From NCBI RefSeq assembly GCF_009914755.1, contig NC_060929.1: a DNA stretch of 64,000 nucleotides; one strand, written 5' to 3'. Positions 15,830-27,149 of the stretch are shown here, one piece after another (position 1 is the stretch's first letter; every line of letters begins with the position of its first letter). A program made the translations under genes and the position numbers. Below the pieces are notes generated by a model. It had not been told where the DNA came from, searched no databases, and saw nothing but the letters and a program-made list of their open reading frames with translations. Source of the stretch: the human T2T-CHM13v2.0 reference genome, Homo sapiens.

Positions 15830-16560
15830 AAATATTTACTGTAACAGATCTTAGATGCATGCAAATAATATAAAATAACATCATAAAAGGGTGATAAAAA
15901 ATAAATCATGAAACATAATAACATTTTCCTTCCACACATGCCTTTCATTTTCCAGTTCCCATCCACTATGTATTGATGCGGTTAATAGTTGTTTGTGCCT
16001 ACTTCCATAGATATTCTATTCATGTAGGTATTCATAAATAACATTATTTATGAATAAGTAATGTTTATTGAGTGATAAACATTAGCATATTATAATCAAT
16101 TATCTGGCACTTGCCTTTTTTCTATTTACATTATATTTTATTGCATCACCATTCATATCTACAAAATTGACCAATTTTTTATACAGTTACATAGAATGCA
16201 TCCAATTGTATGAAAATTCCATAATTTATTTAACCAGACTTTCAGTGATGAACATTTAAGCTGTTTCAAACTTACAGAAACACTCCAATGAGTATTGTTG
16301 TATATAACTAGCTGTGAATATATAAAATTACATTTCTGATATAAATTCCTAGAAGAGGATTTGAGGCATCAAGTGGCATATAAATTATGATAGCTGTGGC
16401 CAAATTATTCTACATGACTGTTAGATCAATTTATATCTCACCAGCCTAGGTATGGGAGTACTGCTTTCTGTAAGCACTAGCAGGCAGGCAAAGATGTATC
16501 ATCTAATGCTTGGACACTTGCCAATTTGCTAACTAAGATGATTTATTGCTATTTTTCTTA
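15830..16560 (-). mobile_element. Ancient L1 (L1ME-like) 3' region
   Basis: 'ccataatttatttaaccagactttcagtgatgaacatttaagctgtttc', 'gatataaattcctagaagaggattt'. Confidence 0.7.
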
Positions 16561-17847
16561 ATTTGAGAGAAAATATTGAAAATCAGATTTATTTAAGTAT
16601 AATATACATAGAGAAAAACCTACACTTTGGATTTTGAAATGTACTTTTCTCTGAGTTTTCACAAATGTATAAAGTAGTGTAATAACCACTACAATCAAGA
16701 TATAAAGCATTCCTATCACCCCAAAAATTACTTTGTGCCACTTGTAGTCATTTTCCTCTCCCGCCTTCAGTCTCTCATCTGATTTTGGTCCCTATAATTT
16801 TGTGTTTTCTAGCATGTCATAAAAATTTAATTGTATAATATGTAGCCTTTATTGTGTGGCTTTCTTTCATTCAGTATAATGTTTCCAGATGTATCTATAT
16901 TGTTGCATGTATACATTGATTTTTAAAAATTGGATTATGTACCATAATTCTTTATCCATTTGATAAACAGCTGAAGGACATTTAGGTTCTATTGAGGTCT
17001 GGTTGATTAAGAATAAAGCTGTTTTAAATATTTACATAGAGGTCTTCGAATGGACATATCTATTTCATTTTGGATAAATACCTACTAGGGTGATTGCTTA
17101 GTGTAATGATAATGATACATTTAATTTTAAAAGAAAATTTCACAATATTTTTCTAAGTAGCTCTACCATTTTGTATGCTCACCATGAGTAGTGAGAGTTC
17201 CAGCTGCTTCCAATCATTGCCAGCACTTGCTATTGACAATTTTATGTTTTTAAGTCATTTTCATAGGTGTGTAGTGGTATCTCAACTAATCTTACTTTGT
17301 ATTACACCAACAACTAATAATAGTGTGCATCTTTTTATATGTTTATTTGCCAGTGAAGTCTCAGTTTTGTTGGAGAGTTTATTCAAACCTTTTATCCCTT
17401 TTCTTTTTACTGAGCTATTTCTTATTATTGATTTAAAACTTTTTTGTTTCTGTTTTGATTTTTCATTTTCTGGATACCAATATTTTATCAGTTATGTGTT
17501 TTTCAAATATTTTATCCTAAGAGTAGCTTATGATTTTAATTTTCTTAATGGCTTTCAAACAGTAGGAGTTTTTACTATTAATGCAGCCAATGTGTTTTTT
17601 ATTCTTTTTAATAATGATTTTTTGTCATATCTAAGAATCTGTGCTTAACAGGGGTTGAATGAGATTTTCTCCTCCCATTTCTCTTATAATTTTTCAATTT
17701 TAGTTTTTACATTTATGTGTGTATAACACTTTTATACGGATGTATAATTTTATGTGTGTATTACATTTTTATATGGATGTATAATTTTTCCAGTACCATT
17801 TGTTGAGAGGACTCATTACTCTGTGGAATTTCCTTGGAATATCTGTA

Positions 17848-17851
<4 letters not shown>

Positions 17852-17901
<50 letters not shown>

Positions 17902-18063
17902 TAAAAATATATATTTATATGTATATATATTATATATATTTATTTGTATATATTATATATATTTATATGTGTATATATAATATATACGCTATATATAATA
18001 TATACATATATAATGTATACACTATATATAATATATAAAAAATATATATTTTTATATATATAT
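17852..18063. repeat. (TA)23 perfect microsatellite plus ~165 bp degenerate AT tract
   Basis: 46 nt perfect TA at 17852-17897, followed by interrupted TA repeats. Confidence 0.95.
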
Positions 18064-18288
18064 AAATAGCCCTATTTCTGAACTCTGTTTATTCCATTCA
18101 TCTACATGTCTACCTTCACAGAAATGTCATCCTATCCGTGTTGTGATTACCATAGTTTCAGAGCAAGTCTGGAATTCAGGTAGTATTGGGAATACTAACT
18201 AAACCTTCAATCTCAAAATTGTGTTGGTTATTCTTTAATTTCCCATATAAATATTAAATTTTCAATTATAAAATGCATGCTGGAATTG

Positions 18289-18895
18289 TGTATTCAATGT
18301 GTTCCAAAGAAACAGAAGCAATAGGATATGGATAGACAGATAGAAGGAGAGAGAGAGAGTGAGAGATACATAAATACATATATACACATAGACATAGAGG
18401 AGAAGGGATTTATTATGGGAATTATGGAGGCTGATAAGTCCCACAGTAGGCTACCTGCAAGCTGGAGAGCCAGGAATGCTGGTGTACTTCAGTCTATGTC
18501 AGAAGGTCTGAGAACAGAGAGCCAATCGTGTAATTCTAGCTGCAGCTGAAGGACTGAGAGTGTGTTGGAGGAGGGGGCACTGATACAATTCCTAAATCCA
18601 AATGCTAAACAACCTGGAGTTCTGATGTTCAAGAGTTAGATAGCATGCGTGTTCCAGCTCCAGAAGAGAAAGCAAATTTGCTTTCCCTCTGTTTTTTTTT
18701 GTTTTATCCTGGACTTCAAGTGATTTGATGGTGTCCACCCACATTAGGTGAATCTATATCTTCTTTATTCACTCCACTAATTCACGTCAGTCTCTTCCAG
18801 AAACATCCTCACAGACATACCCAGAAATAATGTTTTATCAGATATTTGAGTACCCATTAGCCCAGTAAAGTTGACAACTAAAATCAACTTTCACA
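18289..18895 (-). mobile_element. MLT2 (MLT2B-like) ERVL solo LTR
   Basis: 'tgtatt...agaaacagaagcaataggata...ggaggctgataagtcccaca...ctcttccagaaacatcctcacagacatacccagaaataatgtttt...tcaca'; 5-bp TSD aattg/aatta. Confidence 0.9.
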
Positions 18896-19227
18896 AATTA
18901 TCACTGGGGTTGGTTTGTACTCTTAGATAAATTGGGGACAATTGACATTTTAGTAACAATCAGATTTCACCCATGAACATGCTTAATTATTCTACCCTGA
19001 GAGCAGAAGGCTTTTCTTTCTACTGCTTCCCTGGAAGCTGTAGATCTTTGACTATATTATGGATAGGGGAGTATTCCTATCCCTCCACCAGATGCATAGA
19101 AATGTTGCCTCTACTCTGTCCGCAGAAACATTGGCTTTTTGCCTGGGCCTTGCTCTGTAAGAGGAAAGAATATGGAGAAATAGGATTCCTATCCACTTTC
19201 CACCAGCCACCAATAACCTCCAACATG

Positions 19228-19402
19228 CCAGCCTGGCTGCATAATATGTGAGGCCAAGTGTAAAATGAACATATGAGGCCCCTTGTTCCAAAATAATTAA
19301 TAATTTCAAGATAGTGACAGCAGAGCACTAAACCAAATGCAGAGCTCTTTTAAGTGTGGGACCTAAGTAACTGTATAGGTCCTATGCCCAGGGACCTGCC
19401 TC
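19228..19402 (-). mobile_element. MER45A (hAT-Tip100 MITE)
   Basis: 'ggctgcataatatgtgaggccaagtgtaaaatgaacatatgaggccccttgttc...atttcaagatagtgacagcagagcactaaaccaa' matches the reverse complement of the recalled MER45A consensus. Confidence 0.85.
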
Positions 19403-20331
19403 TTTTTTCGTACCACCAAAGAGAGATGAGAAAAGAACTTGGAAGTGAATGCCAACCTCCCTTGTAACTTAGAATTCTAGCATTCCCACTCTAATATGCC
19501 AGCCCATACTTGGCCTTTAATAACTTGTTAAAATTTTACTTCAATTCTTTCTGGCTGCCTGTAGAGTAATCACTTCTTTCTCCTCTGTTCTGTGAGACAA
19601 ATAATTGCTGTGCTGTGTTTCTCCTCAGATGGGCTTGTTACTCTTAGGAATTTGCCTTCTAACTTCAAAAAAAAAAGTTATAATGATGTAGATTGGCTGG
19701 ATTTTTTTGGGGGGGTGGGTTATGCTGCCAGTGATGCTTTCTTGAAAGCATCTACATCTTATGTGACTCCTCACTTGTTTGTATGTATAAATGTTTGTGG
19801 TTAGCACGTTTGAATGTTCTGATACAACTCCTCTTACCATTTAATATTATGTGTTTCCATTTCCATTCTCATGCAGTTACAATCATCATTTTGGGGAAAA
19901 TGGCTGTCTTTTCGTTTCATTGTTTAAATTAATTTTATATTTTGTTTATCCTTATTTAGTAAAAGAAAATCTAAAACAGGAACTCATGGTACTATTCAAT
20001 CTCAAATTTGCCACTATATAAATACTGTCCTCAAGCAAATTCCAGAATTACTAATTGTACCATCATTTTAGGTGTACAATCATTTTAGATGTACAATCCA
20101 GGTGAACGTACTTATAATCTTCAAATAATGATGACATTAAGTTCAATGCAATTTTTATTATTTTCTATTTATTTCTCTTGTCTGATTATCTTATCTAGTA
20201 CCTCCAAAATGATGCTAAATAGTTGTGATTATGTACATTCTATTAGTCTAAATATAATGAAATATCTTTTCAGGTTTTACTATTAGATACGATTCTGTTT
20301 TTATACTTAATAATTATGAATCTATTTTAAG

Positions 20332-20465
20332 ATTACAGCCCCCACCTTCAGACCTCATTTAACTTTTATCACTTTCGCACAGATCTTACCTCCAATTACT
20401 GTCACATTGTGGGTTAGGGCAACCACATAAGAACTGGGGGAGACACAAACATTCAATCCATAACA
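20332..20465 (-). mobile_element. MLT1A-like LTR 5' fragment
   Basis: 'gacctcatttaac...gtcacattgtgggttagggc...ggggagacacaaacattcaatccataaca'. Confidence 0.8.
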
Positions 20466-20479
20466 GAGATACGAGGTGG

Positions 20480-20750
20480 GGTATATTTTATATAGGGTGG
20501 TTAGAAAAAGTCTCTCTGATAGGATGACATTTGAGCTTAAAAGTTAAGGCAATAAGGGAATGCAGTGGCTATCAGTGGAAAGAATGTTCCAAGTCAGAAA
20601 GACCAGGAGGTGCAAATGTCCTAAGCCTGAGGTGAGGCCTTGCTTTCTGCACAAAAAAAGTAGTATGAGGGCCAGCCTGAGAGCAAAGAGGAAAAAAGGT
20701 AGGAGATAATATCAGAAAAATAGCAAGAATTAAGATGATATAGAGAGCCA
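20480..20750 (-). mobile_element. L2 fragment
   Basis: 'gggtggttagaaaaagtctctctgataggatgacatttgagc...aagaatgttccaag...gtgcaaatgtcctaag'. Confidence 0.75.
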
Positions 20751-20799
20751 TTCTCTATAAATTCTGGGTGAATTTGTCTGATTAAATATTCTACACTTC

Positions 20800-22300
20800 C
20801 TCATCAATGATATCAATTTTTATACAGAGTATTGAACAAAATGACTTCTTATAAATTGTAATATCTTTTATCTGTGATTATTTTTGTATTTTCATTTATA
20901 ATGTTATACTATTTATGATTTCTACATTTTTCTTTGTTCGGTGAGTTCACATTTACTTTTTGTTAGTAAAATGAACCAATTCATATATGAACTTACTGAT
21001 TCTTCCATTTTAATTCAATCTATTAATATTCATTTGATATTTGTCCAAAACTTGTTGCTTTTAGGCTTTTTCTAAGTTTATTGCTTCTTGTTTATAACAC
21101 TTACGTTGAGTGCTAAATTCATTTATTTCAGTATATGGCTGCTTCAATAAAATCTCATTGGCTTTGAATATGTAGTATTTTCATTTCTATTAATATCTCT
21201 ATCTTTGAAAATTTTATATCCTGTGTATATCCTAAAACAAAATTTCTGTCTATACTAAAATTTTATTTATTTGTTTCATACAATAATATATTTTTCCTAA
21301 CTTAAACATATTATAAACTTTTTTTAACGTTAGAAACAGAAAATAGTTGTGTCATATTCCCATGTTTATTACTGAGGCATTCTTAAATTTTGTGTCCGTT
21401 CCTTGAACATTTGAGAGAAGAAGCAGTTTGTTGTCTGCCTTTAGGATATAGAATTCAATATATAAAAATTAGTTCTACTTTGTTATTATTTAAACATTCT
21501 ATATTTTTAATTGCTTTTTGTTTATTTGAATTGTCATGCATTAAGAGACATGAAATAAAGTCTTAGTCAGATGTGCTACCTTCTTCAGTGTCAGATTTTC
21601 TTCATAATACTATCCATTCCCTTCATTTTCTATTTTTCCAGTAAGGGTATCAGCTTTATGAGAAAATAAAGTGTGTTCTTTTTGTTTATTATATAACCTT
21701 AAAGCCTAGAATATTGGCTGACATATGAAAAGAGCTCTATAAGCAAATGAATAGTATGATATTATTTGGAGCACAAATATTCATAACAGATATATAATCA
21801 TTTTGATTTATACTATGTATTGTTATCATTTTTAATGTTTTTGTTCTTAATTTCATATAATCCATTAAGAAGGTGACCCCTAATTTCCTTGAGTGTGAAT
21901 TTTTGTTTACTTTTATTCATTTAGCTTTGCTCTTTACTTTTTTTAACTTTTCCAAGTCATTGTTATAGATGTGTTGCTTACAAATAATATGTGATTAAGT
22001 TTTGCTTTATATTCTAATTTAAATGATCTTTCATCTTAAGTGGATGATTTTACCTTATTTACCTGAAAGAGATTAGTTCTTTTTTCAGTCAACTTATATC
22101 AACTGTTTTAATATTTCTTTTGGATTTTATTATTTAGTTTGTAGTCTGTGTTTTCTTTGCTTTTTATATTGAGTATTTATTTCTTCTTATAGTTTATGTT
22201 ATTTGCAATCTGTCATGTCCTTCTGGTTATAAACCATTATTGTTTTTCTAGGTTCAAAATAGCAAATATTGATATATCTCAGAAAATACTAGGTAATCCT
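20800..22300 (-). mobile_element. Ancient L1 ORF2 region, with an L2 3'-end fragment (+) at ~21590-21755
   Basis: T-rich L1 antisense motifs; L2 tail 'aaagcctagaatattggctgacatatgaaaagagctctataagcaaatgaat'. Confidence 0.55.
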
Positions 22301-22329
22301 TTAAGTGATAGTGTTTTCAATTTGACCCT

Positions 22330-22810
22330 CACAAAATCGTAGGCTATTAGATTTGAAAGGAACATCAATCCAACCACCTCTCTAGTGAAAGAATTACTTC
22401 CACATCATACTTGATAGATGCACAGCCCCTGATTGAATGCCCTCCAGTACAAAGAGCTCACCATTCTAAAACAGCTCATTTTTAATGCTGGGGAGTTCCA
22501 ATGTTTATCATGTGTTTTCATCTATTAAGACAAATTTAGCTTCAAGTAATATTCAGCCTGTCATCATAGTTCTCATTCTTATCACACACTCATATAACTA
22601 TCTCAGACCTTCCTACTTCATTTAGCAATTCTTCACAAGTAATGGCAGCCTTATCCTCAACTATGCCAAACACCAACTTCTATGTAGTCCACTTTGTCAA
22701 TGTTCTTGTTATTACATATGCCATTCAGAATAAAACTCAATGTTGCAAATATATCCTACATAATAGTGAAAAACGTGATATCATTACCTCATTTAATCTA
22801 TATATGTGTT
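22330..22810 (-). mobile_element. L3/CR1 LINE remnant
   Basis: 'attagatttgaaaggaacatc...ttgaatgccctccagtacaaagagctcaccattct...cagctcatttt' typical of L3. Confidence 0.65.
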
Positions 22811-24149
22811 AGTATAATCTATAAAAATTTTTGGAATTTGTCAGCAGCCAAATTACAAAAGTAGCTCTTATCCTTTCAAACACATCAGAAGAAAATAAAT
22901 AAAACCAATAGATAATAACAAAAGCAATGTTAACCCAATTTCTCTTTACCTGACCATTTAGGAGGAAGACAATTATTGCATCAAGTAGAATAGATTGCAT
23001 ATCTAGTAAGATAAACTTTCTGGAAGATAAATTGTAGATAGGATCAGATTGAGAGAAGAAGAAATATGAGCCCAGTTCAGTGTGGACAAGGAATGGGTTA
23101 GCCTGTGATTTAAGAATATTCTCCAACAGAGCCCAGAAAATTTCCAAGTTTAGAGAAGCAAGGCTTAGGAGAGAATGCAAATAGGGAAAAGTGAAGGACT
23201 TGAGTAATTTTAAGCACTTTGTAATTCTTCAGCTATCTTACAAATAAAGCTTCAGAAAGCATTCCCAGCCATGATATGCCAGAGAGTATTTAATATTCAA
23301 AATGGAGGCTCTGTCACAGTGTTCCTAAAATTATCCCTGAGAAGAGCTGAGTCAACATTTCTCTATCAAGTAATAGTACCCAAAGGAAAAAGAGAAAACA
23401 GGGAGAAAAAAATCCATTTTTTTCAAATATGCAAATGCATTGAATCTATGCAATAGAAGCCACCTGGCATTAGTAAAAAACATATTCAGATGAAAATTAC
23501 AATTGCCTAAATGAAAACAAACAAGAAATAAACAGGCAGCAATCTGATTATTGAATGCTGCAAAGTTCTCATCAGTTATTTAGAGAAATGATTTAAAATA
23601 ATATGCCAGAATGTGGAGAAAAACTTTAATGAAGTTGCAGAAATGAGGAGTAAAACAATACAAAAAACTGGATCACCATATACATGTACATACACACTTT
23701 TTTTTCCTAGTTCAAACTCCCAGGTATTTTCAGGGAAGGTTGGAAGTTGCAAGTATAGGAAAAAATGTGTAGAAGCAGAAGCAGTGATACTTAGAATATA
23801 TTGATTCTTTTTAGATAGTTCATTAATAATTCTGGAGGCATGCAGCTTAAATATATCGAGATCGTAGTAGAGGCAATCACACCCAGGGTGCTAATAGTTT
23901 TGTGACTTCTAGACCACTGTGGCCCAACCTTAAAACATCTAGTACAACTGGGTCAATTTAGCCTTTCATGCCATGTTCTTTATGCCCACACTGCTGTAGC
24001 CCATCTGCCTTCCACCTCGGTGGATCTGCTACAGTCAAGTTTGCTAACAGTCTGCATGGCCAAATGTCATCAGACAGTATCATGAAATTGGGTGTTAAAT
24101 AATGACTAATGTCATTATGAATTCAGATTTATTTAAGGAGCTCTGTCTC

Positions 24150-25387
24150 CTAGAGTCTCATCCCTCTAAATCGGTCCCCCTCTTACTTTCTGCCATTGAC
24201 CTTGCTTTTTACATACTTGAGAAAACACAAACTTTTAGAATAGGGCTCATTCATCTCCCCATGACAAAATCTATAAACACTCCAGTGTCTGTTTTCTGCT
24301 TCAGCATCCTCCCTTCTATTTCAATGAACCAAATGTTTATCTTCCTATGATAGGGAGATCTTTTGCTCCATTAGAGTCAATAAAGTATTTTATTTCCATG
24401 GTCTTTCCTTTTTCTTCCTTACTATCAGCATCTCCCTATTAGATTATTCTCATCACCATATAAAACTGCTCTATCATTTCTCGGGTTAATTTACCTTAGC
24501 TTTTCTTGAATTTATATTATTCGTTAACAAAATACTCCCATCAACTTCTTCAAAAAATTGCATACATCTCTCCTCCCCACTTTGTCATATTGCATTCACT
24601 CCTCATAACACTCCAAGAGATTTTCACCAAGTGCTTCAGTGAATCTATTTCAAATGAAATTACTAACAACCTTCAGGTTTTCAAAGCCGTAAGTATATTT
24701 TTATATATTTATTTAATAACATAGCAGCATTAAAACAGATGATTCTGTGCTTTATAAACTGTTTTTTCTCTCATGTTCTATAACAACGTATAATTCTGAT
24801 TGTCCACATATTCAATGCCTGCTCCTTCACACACTGCTTTGCATATTTCTCCATGTTAGCCAGATCTCAAGATGTTATTTCTTGCTCCAGGCCCCATCTT
24901 CTCTCTATATATTGCTTTTGCAGATGGTCTAATTCTCATGATATAAGAAAAAAATGAATGTCAGATTTGTTTCTCAATCTACAGTTGATCCTGTTAGATA
25001 TATATATCTTCATATTTGAGCTCAAACTGCTCAGAGCTAAACTCTTGACTTTAACCACTACAATCAAGTACTCTTCTAATCTTTGAGTGGCTTCGGTGAA
25101 ATATATTCAACTTATTCTTTTCTACTCCCAACTTGCATCAAGTTATGCTTTACCACAGATGTATAATGGGAGCCCATTCACTTTCCTCTATATCCACTGC
25201 CACAATCCTATACCAAGACACTATGATTTCTTTTGTAAAAGATCTTGGTATTATTCTAAATTTTTTTTCCTTTCATTCAAATCCATTCTCTACAGAAGTC
25301 TTGGACTATTATATATACCTGAATACATATAGGTGTATACACACACACCCACATATATATGTATATATATATAGATGTACATGTGTG

Positions 25388-25418
<31 letters not shown>

Positions 25419-25860
25419 ATATATACATATATATACACATATATATATATATACACACACACACATATATATATATATAATTAAACATATTACAATTGCC
25501 AACAGATCTTTGTGGGCTCTACTAATCTACACAATCTCATCCAGCACTCTCTTATTCACTCACTATGGTCCAGCCACCCTCATTTCATGTAGCTCCTTGA
25601 GTCTGTACATAGCTTTACTGTCTTAGAGACTTTAAATTGTTGGCTCTTCTACCTAGAATGCTTTCTCCCCAGAAGTAGACATGGCTCACTTTCTCTCGTT
25701 ATGCCAGATTCCACTTAAATTTCAACTTCTCAGAGATCTTCAAGATCTCATCCTAAGAGATCTCCATTACTAACACTCACAGTTATCCACTTTTATAGTA
25801 TCCTATAATTTTTGAAAATTTGTACTACAATTTTAACATTATCACTCTGTGAATTTTCCC
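24150..25860 (+). mobile_element. L2 LINE (long remnant)
   Basis: Pyrimidine-rich L2 body: 'gaccttgctttttacatacttgagaaaac', 'ctcaaactgctcagagctaaactcttga', 'cttctacctagaatgctttctccccaga'. Confidence 0.8.
25310..25479. repeat. Compound (TA)/(TG)/(CA) microsatellite
   Basis: About 170 bp of nearly continuous purine-pyrimidine alternation. Confidence 0.9.
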
Positions 25861-27149
25861 TCACTTCATATTTAAATACAACTAATTTATCATGAGATGA
25901 AACTGAATATATCATAATCACTTTTTTCTAACACAGATCACTGCACTGAGCGGGAACCCAGAAGATTTTTGCAATTTACTTATACATGGCAGAAATATAC
26001 ACTGGAAAATTAAAATGCTTATTTACATGATTCAAGACTGAAATAATCAACATAATAATAAAACAAGGAAACAAATTAACGAAAACTGCCCCAAAGTCCT
26101 CTTTCATGAAAACCCAGACAAGTATTTCAATAATTTACAATTTCTTTGTACATGCATTTCTCTCTCCTATAAACATTCACAAAATTGTTTTCAACCTTAA
26201 AATGATTATGAGGTTTTCTTTGCAAAATATGCATGTTCATGCTGTTTATGTCACTTGTTAAATATTATGCTCATTGTCTGGATTCAATAAATGTTTTATT
26301 CAAATTAATAACACAATATTACCTCAAAAAATAACATTTAATCAAATTAATACATGCAGAATTTTGATAATGTTAGAAAGCTTCAAAATAACTAGGAGGT
26401 TGTAGTATCTGTTAAAGAATCCAGTGTTCTCTTTGTCAGTCCTTAGAGAAAGCAAATACAAGAGTGGAAAACTGACTATGTAAGTTTTATGTGTGAGAGA
26501 TGACCTTGTCTTAACATTAGTAATCATAGGCCTTAAAAAATTATGTATTCATAACACAGAATACAAAAAAATGTTGTTTGAAAGTTAATTTTCTTTTGAA
26601 GAGTAATGTTTTAAGTTTGTGAAAATACGCTATTATAATGGTTTTCTGATTACCTAATAGTGTGATTCTCCATTTCATGCAGTCCTTGAATCGAATTGTA
26701 TTCTAAATATAATAATGACTCACAAATTACATCTGACAAACTGAAAATATATATACAACAGAAAAAAATATTAAAAGGAAAAACTGCCAGAAAGTAAGGA
26801 AAAGAAATTGCATTTTTTTTCCTTTCAAGCTACTCAGCTGGAAGACCTGACCTTTCTCTACCACTATGTTCCTTGTAAATATAGCTTCCAAAAGATCATT
26901 TGTCTGTATAACCTGCACACAATAACAAAAAAAGAAGAACCAGGAGTTACTTTTTGACATAACTTATCAATGTTTTTACTCTCCTCCTCTGTCCATTATC
27001 AACAATTATGAAAATGTATTAATGATAATATCAAATGTTAAAACAATAATTTTCTGTACTATTTCTAAAACTACACACTTCATCACTCCTACATAGATTT
27101 ACTTCACAGGGCAGTGGAATAAAATTTAAGGATTAGGAGATGGTGATAT

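Larger units (their letters stand above)
16585..18985 (-). mobile_element. Old L1 (L1MC/MD/ME-like) 3' end and ORF2, interrupted by a (TA)n tract and an MLT2 LTR
   Basis: 'aaccactacaatcaagatataaagcattcctatcaccccaaaa' 3' UTR; ORF2 resumes in register after the LTR ('gataaattggggacaattgacatt'). Confidence 0.8.

Noticed and set aside
17175-17648. 157-aa ORF
   Set aside because: Antisense reading of an old L1; F/L/I-rich low-complexity product.
25087-25626. Several overlapping ORFs on both strands
   Set aside because: Stop-free because of the TA/TG/CA microsatellite.
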